Assembly: GCA_001724265.1 (NCBI GenBank)
Contig: MEDY01000085.1
Location: forward strand, 62,001-88,868
Origin: Rhizaria sp. SCN 62-66
Taxonomy: Eukaryota
Direction of reading: 5' to 3'
DNA: 26,868 nucleotides
Of the stretch, positions 9,153 to 19,173 are shown one piece after another; within the stretch, counting starts at the first letter, position 1; the number at the start of each line of letters is the position of its first letter. The notes under the pieces are model-generated. The model was not told the origin of the DNA. It saw only the letters and a list, made by a program, of their open reading frames with translations, and searched no databases. A program made the position numbers and the translations under genes.

Positions 9153-11081
9153 CGCGATGACGATAAGGTGGTTAGTATCGTAGGCCACGGCGACCACCAG
9201 CGCCCCTGCCTCGCCATCACTCGCGCTGTCGTCGCGGCACTCGGAGGCGTTCTCGAGCCGCACGGCGCCCGCGAGCAGGGCTTCCTCGCCGACCTTGGCC
9301 CACGCCAGCTGAGGCAGCACCGCCGCGGATGTAGACGCAGCGGCGCCGTCGGAGTGCGAGAGCGGTTGGGGCAGGGGGAAGAGCCAGCGGGACACGCAGC
9401 CGTCCTCAGCCGCCAGCGTAACGCCCACCGACACGCCAGCAGCACCAGCACCAGCGCCAGCGCCAGTGCTGGGGAGGGCGATGTCGGCAGCGACGCTGTT
9501 GATGCGGCGCACGCCCGCGGCGGCCTCGGCCACGACATGAGCGGTCAGTCCATGAGCAGTGCTATTTCCGCCGCCGCTGCTGTTGTTGTTACTGCCAGCG
9601 GTGCCCAAGACGGTGTTGAAGGGCAGCGGGATGGAGAAGGCGCGCACGTGCCCAGTGGAGTAGCCCGCCACCAGGTACGCCGCCGCGCCCAGCCGCGCAC
9701 CACTGCCATCACTGTTAGAGCTGTTGCTGACGGAGACGTTCGCGGCGGCACAAGTAAACCCCTCGCGCGGGGCGAAGTCCTGCGGCGCGAAGGCGAGCGC
9801 GGTGACCGTGAGCCCGGTCTCTGCGCCGGTCACGAACGGCAGACCGGCGTCCGAGTCGCCCTCGAGCGCGGCCCCCCCGGCCTCGGCGGCGGGCGGCGGC
9901 GCTGAGAGAGCGAGCACGGCGGGCGCCTCGAACAGGTGCAGCGGCGTCGTGGCGGCCACGGCAGCCGTGGTGGAGAGCGCGAACACGCCCACGGAGCCGT
10001 CGTCGGCGCCGACCGCGAGCAGGCCCGAGCCTGCGGGCGCGCCGGCGCCGGCGGGCGCGGTCGCGGCGGCGGCGGCAGCGGCGACGGCGGCGGCCGTGGT
10101 GACGGTGACGGTCGCGAGCGCGGTGGCCGCAGCGCCGCGCGTGGCGAGGAAAAACGTCACGGCGCCCGTGCCGCCGCCCGCAGCCAGCGCGGCCGCCGCG
10201 CCCGCGCTCGACGCAGCCGCAGCGCCGCCGCTGTTGTGGCTGTTGCCCGCGCTAGACTGCAGCGCAACGAGCGCGCCCGACTTGAGCGGGACGAGCGCAA
10301 CATGGCCCGTCGAGAGCCCGACCGCGAGCAGCAGCGCGTCGCCCGACGGGGAGGACACCGGCGCGAGCGACGTGGGGTAGACGCTGGGCCCCACGGTCGC
10401 GCCGTCGGCGGCTTGGCCGGGGGTCGCGCTGAGGGGGGCGGAGAAGTGCTCGGTGAGGGGCGAGAGGTCGATGCGATGCGAGAACAGGGTCGTTTTGCCG
10501 CGCTCGTCGTACACCTGCGTTGTGCGGAGATGTATAGCAAGATAGACAGAGATAGCAAAGATAGCAAAGGAAGAGTGACGTGACGTGAGTGAGATACAGT
10601 TGAGCGATGATTGAGCGAGTGGAAATAAAATTAGCAACACAATTGGAAGCACAAATGCGAGTATATGCGGGGGGCTGCTATTCCATACCTCAACAGCGCC
10701 GCTCTCGTAGGCGACTGCGACGGCGGGCTGGCCCTTAAACTGCAGCGCCGCGAGATGCGCGACGGCATCGCCAGTGACGGCCTGCGTCGCGAAGCGTGCG
10801 CTCTCGAGCCCGTCGTACAGCGCGGGCCGCGCCGCGGGCGACTGCAGACCCGCGCCCGCGCCCACAAGCGGCTGCGTCGCCGCATGTGCGGAGGAGACTT
10901 CGGCGCGCGGCACGAAGACGACGGTGTCGCGGTGGGCGTAAACGAGCGAGGCGGGGGTGCGAACGAGGTTGCTCGACAGCAGGGAGGGCGTATGACGCAG
11001 CTTAAGATGCAGCACAGTCGGGGAGTGCATCAGGGAAGGGGGTACCGTGGATGGCATGGCGGGGGCGGCTGCGGAGAACAT
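9147..11081 (-). CDS. WDR54: WD-repeat protein, WDR54-like, 2 exons (11081-10689, 10514-9147), about 586 aa
   Basis: ATG at 11081, TGA at 9149-9147. Blocks colinear with recalled WDR54: LKLRHTPSLLSSNL, VEVYDERGKTTLFSH, LAVGLSTGHV, LAVGADDGSVGVF, LVAGYSTGHVRAF, LAAEDGCVSRW, EALLAGA, VAVAYD. Confidence 0.72.
   Translation of the reverse strand: MFSAAAPAMPSTVPPSLMHSPTVLHLKLRHTPSLLSSNLVRTPASLVYAHRDTVVFVPRAEVSSAHAATQPLVGAGAGLQSPAARPALYDGLESARFATQAVTGDAVAHLAALQFKGQPAVAVAYESGAVEVWNSSPPHILAFVLPIVLLILFPLAQSSLNCISLTSRHSSFAIFAISVYLAIHLRTTQVYDERGKTTLFSHRIDLSPLTEHFSAPLSATPGQAADGATVGPSVYPTSLAPVSSPSGDALLLAVGLSTGHVALVPLKSGALVALQSSAGNSHNSGGAAAASSAGAAAALAAGGGTGAVTFFLATRGAAATALATVTVTTAAAVAAAAAAATAPAGAGAPAGSGLLAVGADDGSVGVFALSTTAAVAATTPLHLFEAPAVLALSAPPPAAEAGGAALEGDSDAGLPFVTGAETGLTVTALAFAPQDFAPREGFTCAAANVSVSNSSNSDGSGARLGAAAYLVAGYSTGHVRAFSIPLPFNTVLGTAGSNNNSSGGGNSTAHGLTAHVVAEAAAGVRRINSVAADIALPSTGAGAGAGAAGVSVGVTLAAEDGCVSRWLFPLPQPLSHSDGAAASTSAAVLPQLAWAKVGEEALLAGAVRLENASECRDDSASDGEAGALVVAVAYDTNHLIVIAE
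10515..10688 (-). other. Spliceosomal intron (174 nt, phase 0, stop-free) in the WDR54-like gene
   Basis: GAG|GTATGG donor and ACGCAG|GTG acceptor. AT-rich island inside GC-rich coding sequence; removal restores AVE-VYDERG. Confidence 0.82.
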
Positions 11082-11605
11082 CTACGACTGCTGTGAAGTG
11101 GAGAAGCAAGGAGCTTGCGACTGAACTGCTGCGATGGAGACAGAGACCAGAGATTGGCAGAACTGTAGTGGAAGAGAAACGGTTTTTGGTAGAAAATGGA
11201 AAAGCAAATTGGATAATAAAGTAAGCATTCAATCGTGTTAACATAGCTGCATAAAGCGAAGGTGTGTTCAGTGCTCATCTTATGACGCGATTCATTGCAG
11301 CCACGAGTTGAGCAGGTTGGCTCCCTGAGCCCCGACCAACGACTCTTTGAATTTCAAACATGTAGCCTGTCATGCCCTCTCCGCCCAGGTATCTGTGGCT
11401 GTGCATATATATTATTTTCTCACATTCACACATTGTCCTTTAATTATACGCGCTTCTGTCGCGACCTATGCTCCCACATGCCCCACAGGTCTTTCGTTCG
11501 CGAGCCAGTTTCCAACAAGCTCCCCTTCCGCCCAGCTAGCCCTCCCTTCCCGTCCCCCGCCTCCCTTCCGTTCCCTTCCCGCCGCGCCGCGCCCCCGCCC
11601 TCGCG

Positions 11606-14541
11606 ATGGAGAAGTTGGTCCCCGTGCTGAACCAGCTGCAGAGCGTGCTGGGCATCCTGGGTGCCCACTCGATCTCGCTGCCTCAGCTCGTCGTCGTCGG
11701 CTCACAGTCCTCAGGCAAGAGCTCTGTACTGGAGAACATCGTTGGCCGCGACTTCCTGCCGCGCGGCACCAACATTGTCACGCGCCGCCCGCTTATTCTT
11801 CAGCTTCTCAACACGGCCGCGGGGCTGCCCGACGGCACCTCGACCTCGACCCAGCCCGCGCCCAACGCTGGCAGCGGTGGCAGCGGCAACAGCTCTAAGT
11901 CGGAGTGGGGCGAGTTCGAGCACGTACAGGGCCGCTTCTACGACTTCGCGGCGATCAAGGCTGAGATTGAGCGCGAGACGGAGCGGCTGACGGGCAAGGG
12001 CACCGCTATCAGCTCGGTCCCCATCTTCCTCCGCGTCTTCTCACCCTCGGTACCCAACCTCACGCTGGTCGATCTACCGGGCATCACTAAGGTCGCGACG
12101 GGCGACCAGCCCGCGGACATTGAGCGGCAGATCCGAGAGATGGTCCTCGCGTTTATTTCGAACCCGAACTCGATCATTGTCGCCGTGTCGCCGGCCACGG
12201 AGGACATCGCCAACTCCGAGGCGCTCAAGATCGCGCGCGAGGTGGACCCCAAGTGCGCGCGCACCGTCGGCGTGCTCACCAAGCTCGACCTCATGGACCC
12301 CGGCACCGACGCCAAGCGCGTGCTGATGAACCAGGCTATCCCGCTGCAGCTGGGCTACGTCGGCGTTGTCAACCGTGGGCAGAGGGACATCACCGACGGC
12401 AAGCCGATCCACGCCGCGCTCGCGGACGAGCGGGCCTACTTCGAGCGCTCAGTCTACAGGTACGCGCGGATAGCAACAAATAAGATATATAAATGCGATA
12501 TGATCTACATGTCTTCTCTTTTAATGCTGTTTTCTCATGTATAGTCGATTGCAAAATATTGTCATCATTTACTGCCAAGCACAAATCATCGCATTGACTC
12601 ACTGTAATCATCCACCTGCCATGCTCCTTCTCTTTCTCTCTGCCGTGCATAATGACAGCTCGATGGCTGCGCGCATGGGCACGCAGTACCTGACGAAGCG
12701 GCTGACCGCACTGCTGCTGTCGCACCTGCAGACGTACCTGCCCGTCATCCGCCAGCAAATCCTCGGCACCATCCAGGTACGTCTCTAGTTTCTTGTTAAT
12801 TTATGCTGAAATTAATTGATATGTCGTGTTCACCAACTAATAACTGTATTAATTATTGTTCACTCATCATAATACGACTTCTCCTTGCACCGCACACGTG
12901 CTTGTTCGACTGTAATCGCACACTCGCACAGGAGACCGAGCGCGAGCTAGAAGGCTACGGCGACCCCCTGTCTCTTGAGGGCCTCTTCCAGGCCACAGGC
13001 GGCGGCATCGCTGAGAACGATGCCCTTGCCAACGGGCTCCCGCGCACGCCCGAGGAGCAGCAGCAGCTGCGCGCGCGCCTTATGGGGCCGCTCATGCTCG
13101 ACCTCCTCTCAAAGTACGTACTGCATCTATGTGAACACTGCAGTCATTCTGCAATGAACTGTTGTCATAATAAGTTTATTTTTAACACATTATAGATTAT
13201 TTTGCTTTAAATTGTGATATTACGTATAATTTCTAATTATTGTGATCTGTATGTTCTATCCTCGCATTCTATGTTCGTAACCTCTCTTTCTCAGGTTCGC
13301 CGCGCACTACATCGAGGCTTTGGACGGCCGCTCGAACGACATCTACGCCGCCGGCACCGACGCGCCGCAGCTCATTGGCGGCGCGCGCATTGCCTTCGTG
13401 TTTAACGATATCTTCGGCGCGCACCTGGACGGCATCCAGCCGTTCGACTACCTGGGCGACGCAGACATCAGGATGGCGATCCGCAACGCGACGGGCCCGC
13501 GGCCGACGCTGTTCCTGCCCGAGATGGCATTCGATCTCCTCGTCAAGAAGCAGGTACGGCGTATGCACCCTGCAATGCGATGATTACTCGCTTCAATAAC
13601 TGCTCTCATTGTGTTACTAGTCTGTTCGATCGCGTCCTTGTTTATTGTTCCGCAAAACGTCATTTGCACACACAACCTCACTCATACTCTTTCTCTTTCT
13701 GCTCTTTCTCTTTCTTGTTTTCGACTGTTTTCTTTTCGTGGCTGATTGACTGTAATGCCCGCAGATCGAGCGCCTACGGTCCCCAGCGATCGAGTGCGTC
13801 GACATGGTCTTCGAGGAGCTCCAGCGTGTGGCCTCCCAGTGCGAGTCCTCGGCCATGCCTCAGCTCGCGCGCTTCCCGCATCTGCGCGACGCGTTGCTGC
13901 AGTGCGTCAAGCGCCTGCTTGCCTCGCGCGTCGCGCCCACCAAGGCCACGGTCAACTCGCTCGTCAACATCGAGCTGGCGTACATCAACACCAACCACCC
14001 GGACTTCATCGGCGGGTCCCGCGCGCTCAACCAGCTCGCGCAGCAGCGCAAGGCGCGCGCCGCCGCCGGTGGGGCCAGCGCGGGCGGCAGCGGCGGCGGC
14101 AGCGGCGGAACGGCGGGCTCGCCCAACGCCGGTGCGGCGGGGCTGCTGGGTCCGGACGGCAAGGACGCAGGCAAGGACAAGGACGGTGGCAGCGGCGGCG
14201 GCGCGCTGGGCAGCGGCAGCGAGTTCACGCTGAAGCCCCCGAGCGACCGCGAGTCGATCGAGACCGACGTGATCAAGCTGCTCATCTCGTCCTACTTCGA
14301 CATCGTCAAGAAGACGGTCAAGGACACGGTGCCCAAGTCGATCATGCTGTTCCTGGTGAACAAGACGAAGCAGGAGATTCAGTCTGAGCTGGTGCGGCAC
14401 CTGTACAAGGAGGATCAGTTCCCGCTGTTGCTGCAGGAGGCCGACGATGTGGCCGAGAAGCGCCAGAGCTGCGTCAAACTCATCCGCCTCATGCGCAAGG
14501 CGCTCGAGGTTGTCTCGCAGATCAACGACGCACAGCTCTAA
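11606..14541 (+). CDS. DRP1: Dynamin-related GTPase of the Drp1/Dnm1(/Vps1) class; exons 11606-12459, 12659-12776, 12932-13113, 13295-13553, 13765-14541; about 729 aa
   Basis: G1 [31 protein letters not shown]2 IVTRRP, G3 DLPG, G4 TKLD. Middle domain [25 protein letters not shown] and [15 protein letters not shown]. Gly-rich variable insert with no PH or PRD domain. [25 protein letters not shown]. Exon phases add up to 730 codons ending in TAA. Drp1 versus Vps1 needs phylogeny. Confidence 0.92.
12460..12658 (+). other. Dynamin-related gene intron 1 (199 nt, phase 2)
   Basis: AG|GTACGC ... GACAG|C; AT-rich; frame restored. Confidence 0.85.
12777..12931 (+). other. Dynamin-related gene intron 2 (155 nt, phase 0)
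   Basis: CAG|GTACGT ... GCACAG|GAG; AT-rich; frame restored. Confidence 0.87.
13114..13294 (+). other. Dynamin-related gene intron 3 (181 nt, phase 2)
   Basis: AA|GTACGT ... TTTCTCAG|G; very AT-rich; frame restored (LSK-FAAHY). Confidence 0.88.
13554..13764 (+). other. Dynamin-related gene intron 4 (211 nt, phase 0)
   Basis: CAG|GTACGG ... CCGCAG|ATC; long pyrimidine tract; restores KKQ-IERL. Confidence 0.9.
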
Positions 14542-15937
14542 GTCTGTCCACTATCCGCGCGCAGCTGCCAGTCAGTTTTGCGCAGCTCTAAGCTCAGAAA
14601 CCCACAAATGTGCGCTGCGCTGACTTGGCGTTCTTTAATATTGAAGAAGATTCTTGTTCTGTGTTTCCGTGTATGATGACTTGATAATAGCTGTAAAGTG
14701 TTCTGTTTTTCGCAGTATATCCGTGCACGCTTGACTGGGAGAGCGCAAGCGCGGAACGAGCTTGTTGGCTACTGTGCCTGTCACGATCACTTGACGATAC
14801 AAGTGGGTTACACAGTGTGCAGCAAGAAGTTAAAACAACAACAAAAAGTAGAAATAAAATCAAAATTCAAACCAAATCAATTCATACTAGTAGTAGTTTA
14901 ATCGCATCATAAAATATCGGCAAAATATTAGCGTTTGGCACATTGCGCACAGTGATCATGCATGACACAAGTATCTTTATATTGCCCGAGAGCAGATGGT
15001 TGGGGTTTGAGGCTGGAAGGTGTTAAAGAACACCGGTGTATCGGGCGTTGCCCGCAGTCACAGGAACCGCTCCTGCGTGGCGCCACTCGCCACAGGCCAA
15101 CCCTCGCGCCCGCGCACTCGTGAGAGCTCGTGGGCTTGGGGAAGGAACTGCGACACACGGCGCCAATGCGGACAGCGCTGAGGGACAGCTACTGATGTTT
15201 ATGCGGCAAACTACAGAGGGGTAGTGGCGAAACCACTGTGCGGAGCGGCTAAGACCGCTGGTTGTGGCGAGGGCCACATGGGGCAGACAGAATGCAAGTG
15301 CGCCGCAGCCGGGGACGGAGCAAAGGAACGGGGCCGTGGCGGCAGAGCGGGGGAGCTCTGGGGCACGCGGCGGGGCTGCGGCGGCCAGCGCGCGCGGGGA
15401 CGCGGGCGGCGGCGCAAGGGCAAGGGAGCGGACGGGGAAGCAACTACTGCGGGGGCACTGCGGAGACGAAGGGACTACACGCGACGCGCGGCGACGGCGG
15501 TCAGAACCGGAGATGAGGGGAACAGAGAGGGAAACGTGCGGGGACGAGGGCGTGGGGGCGCGGCGACTGAAAGAACTGCCGCCGCGGACACCACAGCTGT
15601 GACACAACGCTGCTGCAACTGCAACGGGGAGGGGAAAGGTAGGGACAGGAACGGAATACCGGGGGAGGGAAGTCTCGAGTGACAACGGAAAGCGCGGTGA
15701 CGCGCACCAGCAGCCCGAACAAACAACACAAGAACACACGCGCAATGCAGACAGGCTGCACTGCACTGGGCTGCACCGAAGCAAGACGCATCAACTCGCA
15801 GGCGTAACCAAGAGTCAGCAAAGCCAGGTCCCGTGCGCTGCCACACAGTAAGCACTAAACGACACAAGAGTGAACCCACAAGAGTCATCCGCAGCCAGTG
15901 CACAAGCGCGCCACTACGTGAGCAGAGAGCGCGTCGC

Positions 15938-17155
15938 TTACCGGAGGGGGTTCTCGAGGACCTTCTTGGACATCTCGTGCTCGGCGCGGCGGCGCTGGAG
16001 CTTGGCCTCGGACGACTCCCAGAGGCGCCAGAAGTTGAGGCGCTCGCCGCCGGCAACGCAGACGGTGGTGCCGTCGGGCGAGCCGGCGAGGTGGAGAGCG
16101 CGCGAGGAGTCCTCGGCGCCGAGCTCAGCGACCTGAACGAACGAGGGCGCGCGCCAGACGGAGAGCTTGCCGGAGTTGTGCGCAGTGACGAGCTCCTTCT
16201 CGGTCGCGGCCCAGACCATCGAGGTGATCTGCGAGTCGGTCTTGACCTCGACGAGGGGAGCACCGCCGAGCTCGGTGTTGTAGGTGCGGAGGGTGCGGTC
16301 GGCCGCGCCGCCGCCGCAGGCGAGGACGTTGTCCTGCCAGGGGCACCACGCGAGCGCCTTGACGGCCGCGGAGGACTCGGCAAAGACGAAGCGCGCGGCA
16401 CCGGTGGAGGTAGCGTCCCAGACGCGGCAGGTGTTGTCGTTGGCGCCCGAGGCGAGGCGGGTGCCCTCGAGGTTCCACTTGAGGTTGCAGACGACGCCCT
16501 CGTGGCCGGAGAGGGTGGCGAAGTGGTGCTCGCGAGCGCGCACGTCGTGGTGGAAGATGTTGCCATCGTAAGCACCGGCGGAGAGGACGTTGTCGTTCCA
16601 CGCAAGGCTGGTGATGGTGGCATCGCGGCCACGGAAAGTGCGAACGCGAGTAGAGGAAGCAACGTTCCAGAGCTCGATCGTGTTGCCGACGGCGAGGGCG
16701 ACGTGGGAGCCGTCCTGCATCCAGTTCACGGCCGTGATCGGAGACTCGCGGTCCGCGCAGAGCTGGGAAGCGCTGCTGGAAGCGTGGTCCCAGATCCAAG
16801 CATCGGAGCCGAAAGCAACGGCGATCTGGTTCTGAGCGGACCAATCGAGCGTGTTGGTGTAGAAGTCATCGAGCAGGCCGGGAGCATCCAGAGTGCGCTC
16901 GCACGCAGCCGGGTAGGAGCGCGCGGAAACCTTCTGGGTGCCGCAGACGTTGGCAGACTCGTAAGCCATCTTGCACTTGTACTTGAAATCCTGAATGGGG
17001 ACCTGAGGCTTCTGCTTAGACGCCACAACGCGAACGTTGAAGTCGGCGTCCGCGACAGCAGACTCGAAACCATAATTGTTGCTGGAAACCGCAGCGAAAT
17101 TCTCACTGAAAATTTGAGCGGAACCAGAAACATTCTGAGAAACATTGGCATACAT
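15938..17155 (-). CDS. CDC20: CDC20/Fizzy-family APC/C activator (7 WD40 repeats), about 405 aa, apparently intronless
   Basis: First in-frame ATG at 17155 (AAAAATG), TAA stop. ERTLDAPGLLDDFYTNTLDWS, GNIFHHDVR, LASGANDN, AVKALAWCPWQDNVLACGGG, SQITSMVW..KELVTAH, SPDGTTV. HHDVR and WCPWQ are Cdc20-type rather than Cdh1-type. Confidence 0.9.
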   Translation of the reverse strand: MYANVSQNVSGSAQIFSENFAAVSSNNYGFESAVADADFNVRVVASKQKPQVPIQDFKYKCKMAYESANVCGTQKVSARSYPAACERTLDAPGLLDDFYTNTLDWSAQNQIAVAFGSDAWIWDHASSSASQLCADRESPITAVNWMQDGSHVALAVGNTIELWNVASSTRVRTFRGRDATITSLAWNDNVLSAGAYDGNIFHHDVRAREHHFATLSGHEGVVCNLKWNLEGTRLASGANDNTCRVWDATSTGAARFVFAESSAAVKALAWCPWQDNVLACGGGAADRTLRTYNTELGGAPLVEVKTDSQITSMVWAATEKELVTAHNSGKLSVWRAPSFVQVAELGAEDSSRALHLAGSPDGTTVCVAGGERLNFWRLWESSEAKLQRRRAEHEMSKKVLENPLR

Positions 17156-17240
17156 TTTTGGAGTTCTGAAGTACGTGCTAACACGTTCTTGATTGGGCAA
17201 ATCAAAACTACCCCAACCTGCGTTTCATCAGCCCTGCCTC

Positions 17241-17306
17241 CCAACCGCCAACGGCTAGAACCGAAACGCACTCCGTCGGAAATCAAGCCGCGACTTCCCA
17301 ACGGCT
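17241..17306. promoter_or_regulatory. Two identical CCAACGGCT (MSA/Myb-like) elements upstream of CDC20, plus a CCAACCG variant
   Basis: CCAACGGCT at 17248-17256 and 17298-17306; CCAACCG at 17241-17247; a CCAAT on the minus strand near 17192-17196. Matches the AACGG core of the plant MSA element. Confidence 0.5.
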
Positions 17307-17972
17307 CGATTTGACCACAGTCCCTCCTCGCCGAGGCTCACAGTCGGCAGAGTGAGCCGAGCGAGCAAGCTTGGACAGGAGAGTGTGCAGGCCAGCGAGG
17401 GAACCTGAGAAGTGGTGAAGTAGACGCGGTGTGTTCGTCAAATAGGTTTTTTAATGGGTTTTGGGGGTATTTGCTTCATCAAGAAATGTATTATTGTTAG
17501 ATTATGCCTTCTCGGGTTTGTTTATCACGTGCCTCAGGTGTTGCTCCGGTGGCACAAGATCTTCCCCGCCTTCCTCTGCACCCGGCGTACCACGGATGCT
17601 CCCGGGCCTGGCCATTCGTCGTTCGAGCTATACATTAACCTACGCATGCGCGTGCTCTATATCATTCTGCATTTGACTCTATTAGCCATCGCGCTCACAT
17701 CTCGCCCGTCACTGTTCGCGCGCCCTCTTCGCTTCCGCGACCACTGCAGCACGTCACCCTTTCACACATTTCCATTTCCCGACGCGTCCACAACTACTCT
17801 CATCTGCGCCCGTCGCTCACCGCCCTGTTAGGCATCACTCCGCTGCGTTTTCTGCCCGCGAGGTCGTCTTCCTGGCGTTCCCAAGTGCCTCGTCCCGGCT
17901 CCTGCGATCACTCCTGCTCGCGCTTTTGCCCAACGCTCCTGCCTAGCGACTGACCGCTAAGAGTTCGCGCTG

Positions 17973-18057
17973 ATGTCGTACTCGGTGCCCCCCGGACATC
18001 TCCCCGCGGTGCCCCCACCTCCCCCGCCGCCGCCCGCCAGCTCCGGCACCGGCACGG

Positions 18058-18112
<55 letters not shown>

Positions 18113-18562
18113 CTCTTACCCGATCCCCACAATCGCGCCCCCTGCGCCTCCTGTAGCCCCCCCTGCCCCACTTACGCCCGCCGCGCCGCCGCAGCACCAG
18201 CTGCTGGGCCCCGCGCTGTCGCACTCACTGTCACACTCGGTCTCCCCCACCGCCTCCTCCGTCGCCGCCTCCGCGGCCGCCACAGCTGTGCCCTCCGCCG
18301 CTGATGTCGGCGCTGGCTCTGCTGCCGCTGCGCCTGCGCGGCCGCAGCGGCCCAGTTCGGCGTCGCAGCGGCCGTCGGTCGTGGCGTCAATGGTGCCGCC
18401 GCCGCCCCCGCCGCCGCCCCCGCCGGTGCCCGCCCACGGTCACCCCCACGGCGGAACACACGGCGCTCACGGTCTCGCGTTCCCTGAACAGCAGCCCCAC
18501 CAGCCCGGCAGCACGAGAAACAGCTTCAGCCTGGGCATTCAGCCCCACGCTCTCAGCACCCA

Positions 18563-18597
<35 letters not shown>

Positions 18598-18811
18598 GCG
18601 GTGGGGGTGTGGCGACGGCAGCGCTCCACCAGTACCAGCCCACCTTGACGCCCACGTCGTCGTTCCTCGGGGCGCAAGGCGGCTTGAACGCGAGCTACGG
18701 CGGCGGTGGCGGTCTTGCGTCCTACGCGTCCTTCAACGCCACTGGCCTCTCCCCTCTCGCCGCCCCAGGCCCCGCGCCCGCGCCCAACGCGTCGGTCTCC
18801 GGCCACACTCT

Positions 18812-18847
<36 letters not shown>

Positions 18848-19134
18848 CATGTGCGGGCCCGTACCCGCGGCCTCGACCTCGGCCTCGGCCATGCCCGCGC
18901 TGTCCCTGCCGGACCCCGAGGCGCGGCTGCTGTGGGAAGACTACGACACGCCCGACTTCTGGCAGCAGGCTGAGCGGCTGCGTCACCGCGCGACTGTCTT
19001 CGCCAACCGCCTGCGGCGCGACATGACGGCGCTGGGCCCCACGGTCGAGAGCACTTCGGCCGCCGCGTTCGACCACTTCGCGCACACGGTCGGCGTGGTG
19101 CTCGCGCGCCCGCTCCTGGAGCAGCAGCTCGCGC

Positions 19135-19173
<39 letters not shown>

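Noticed and set aside
17454-17831. 125-aa ORF between CDC20 and the ArfGAP gene
   Set aside because: No motif and no coding-like codon bias. More likely promoter or 5' UTR; a possible UTR intron ending at CCTCAG (about 17538) cannot be supported without transcripts.
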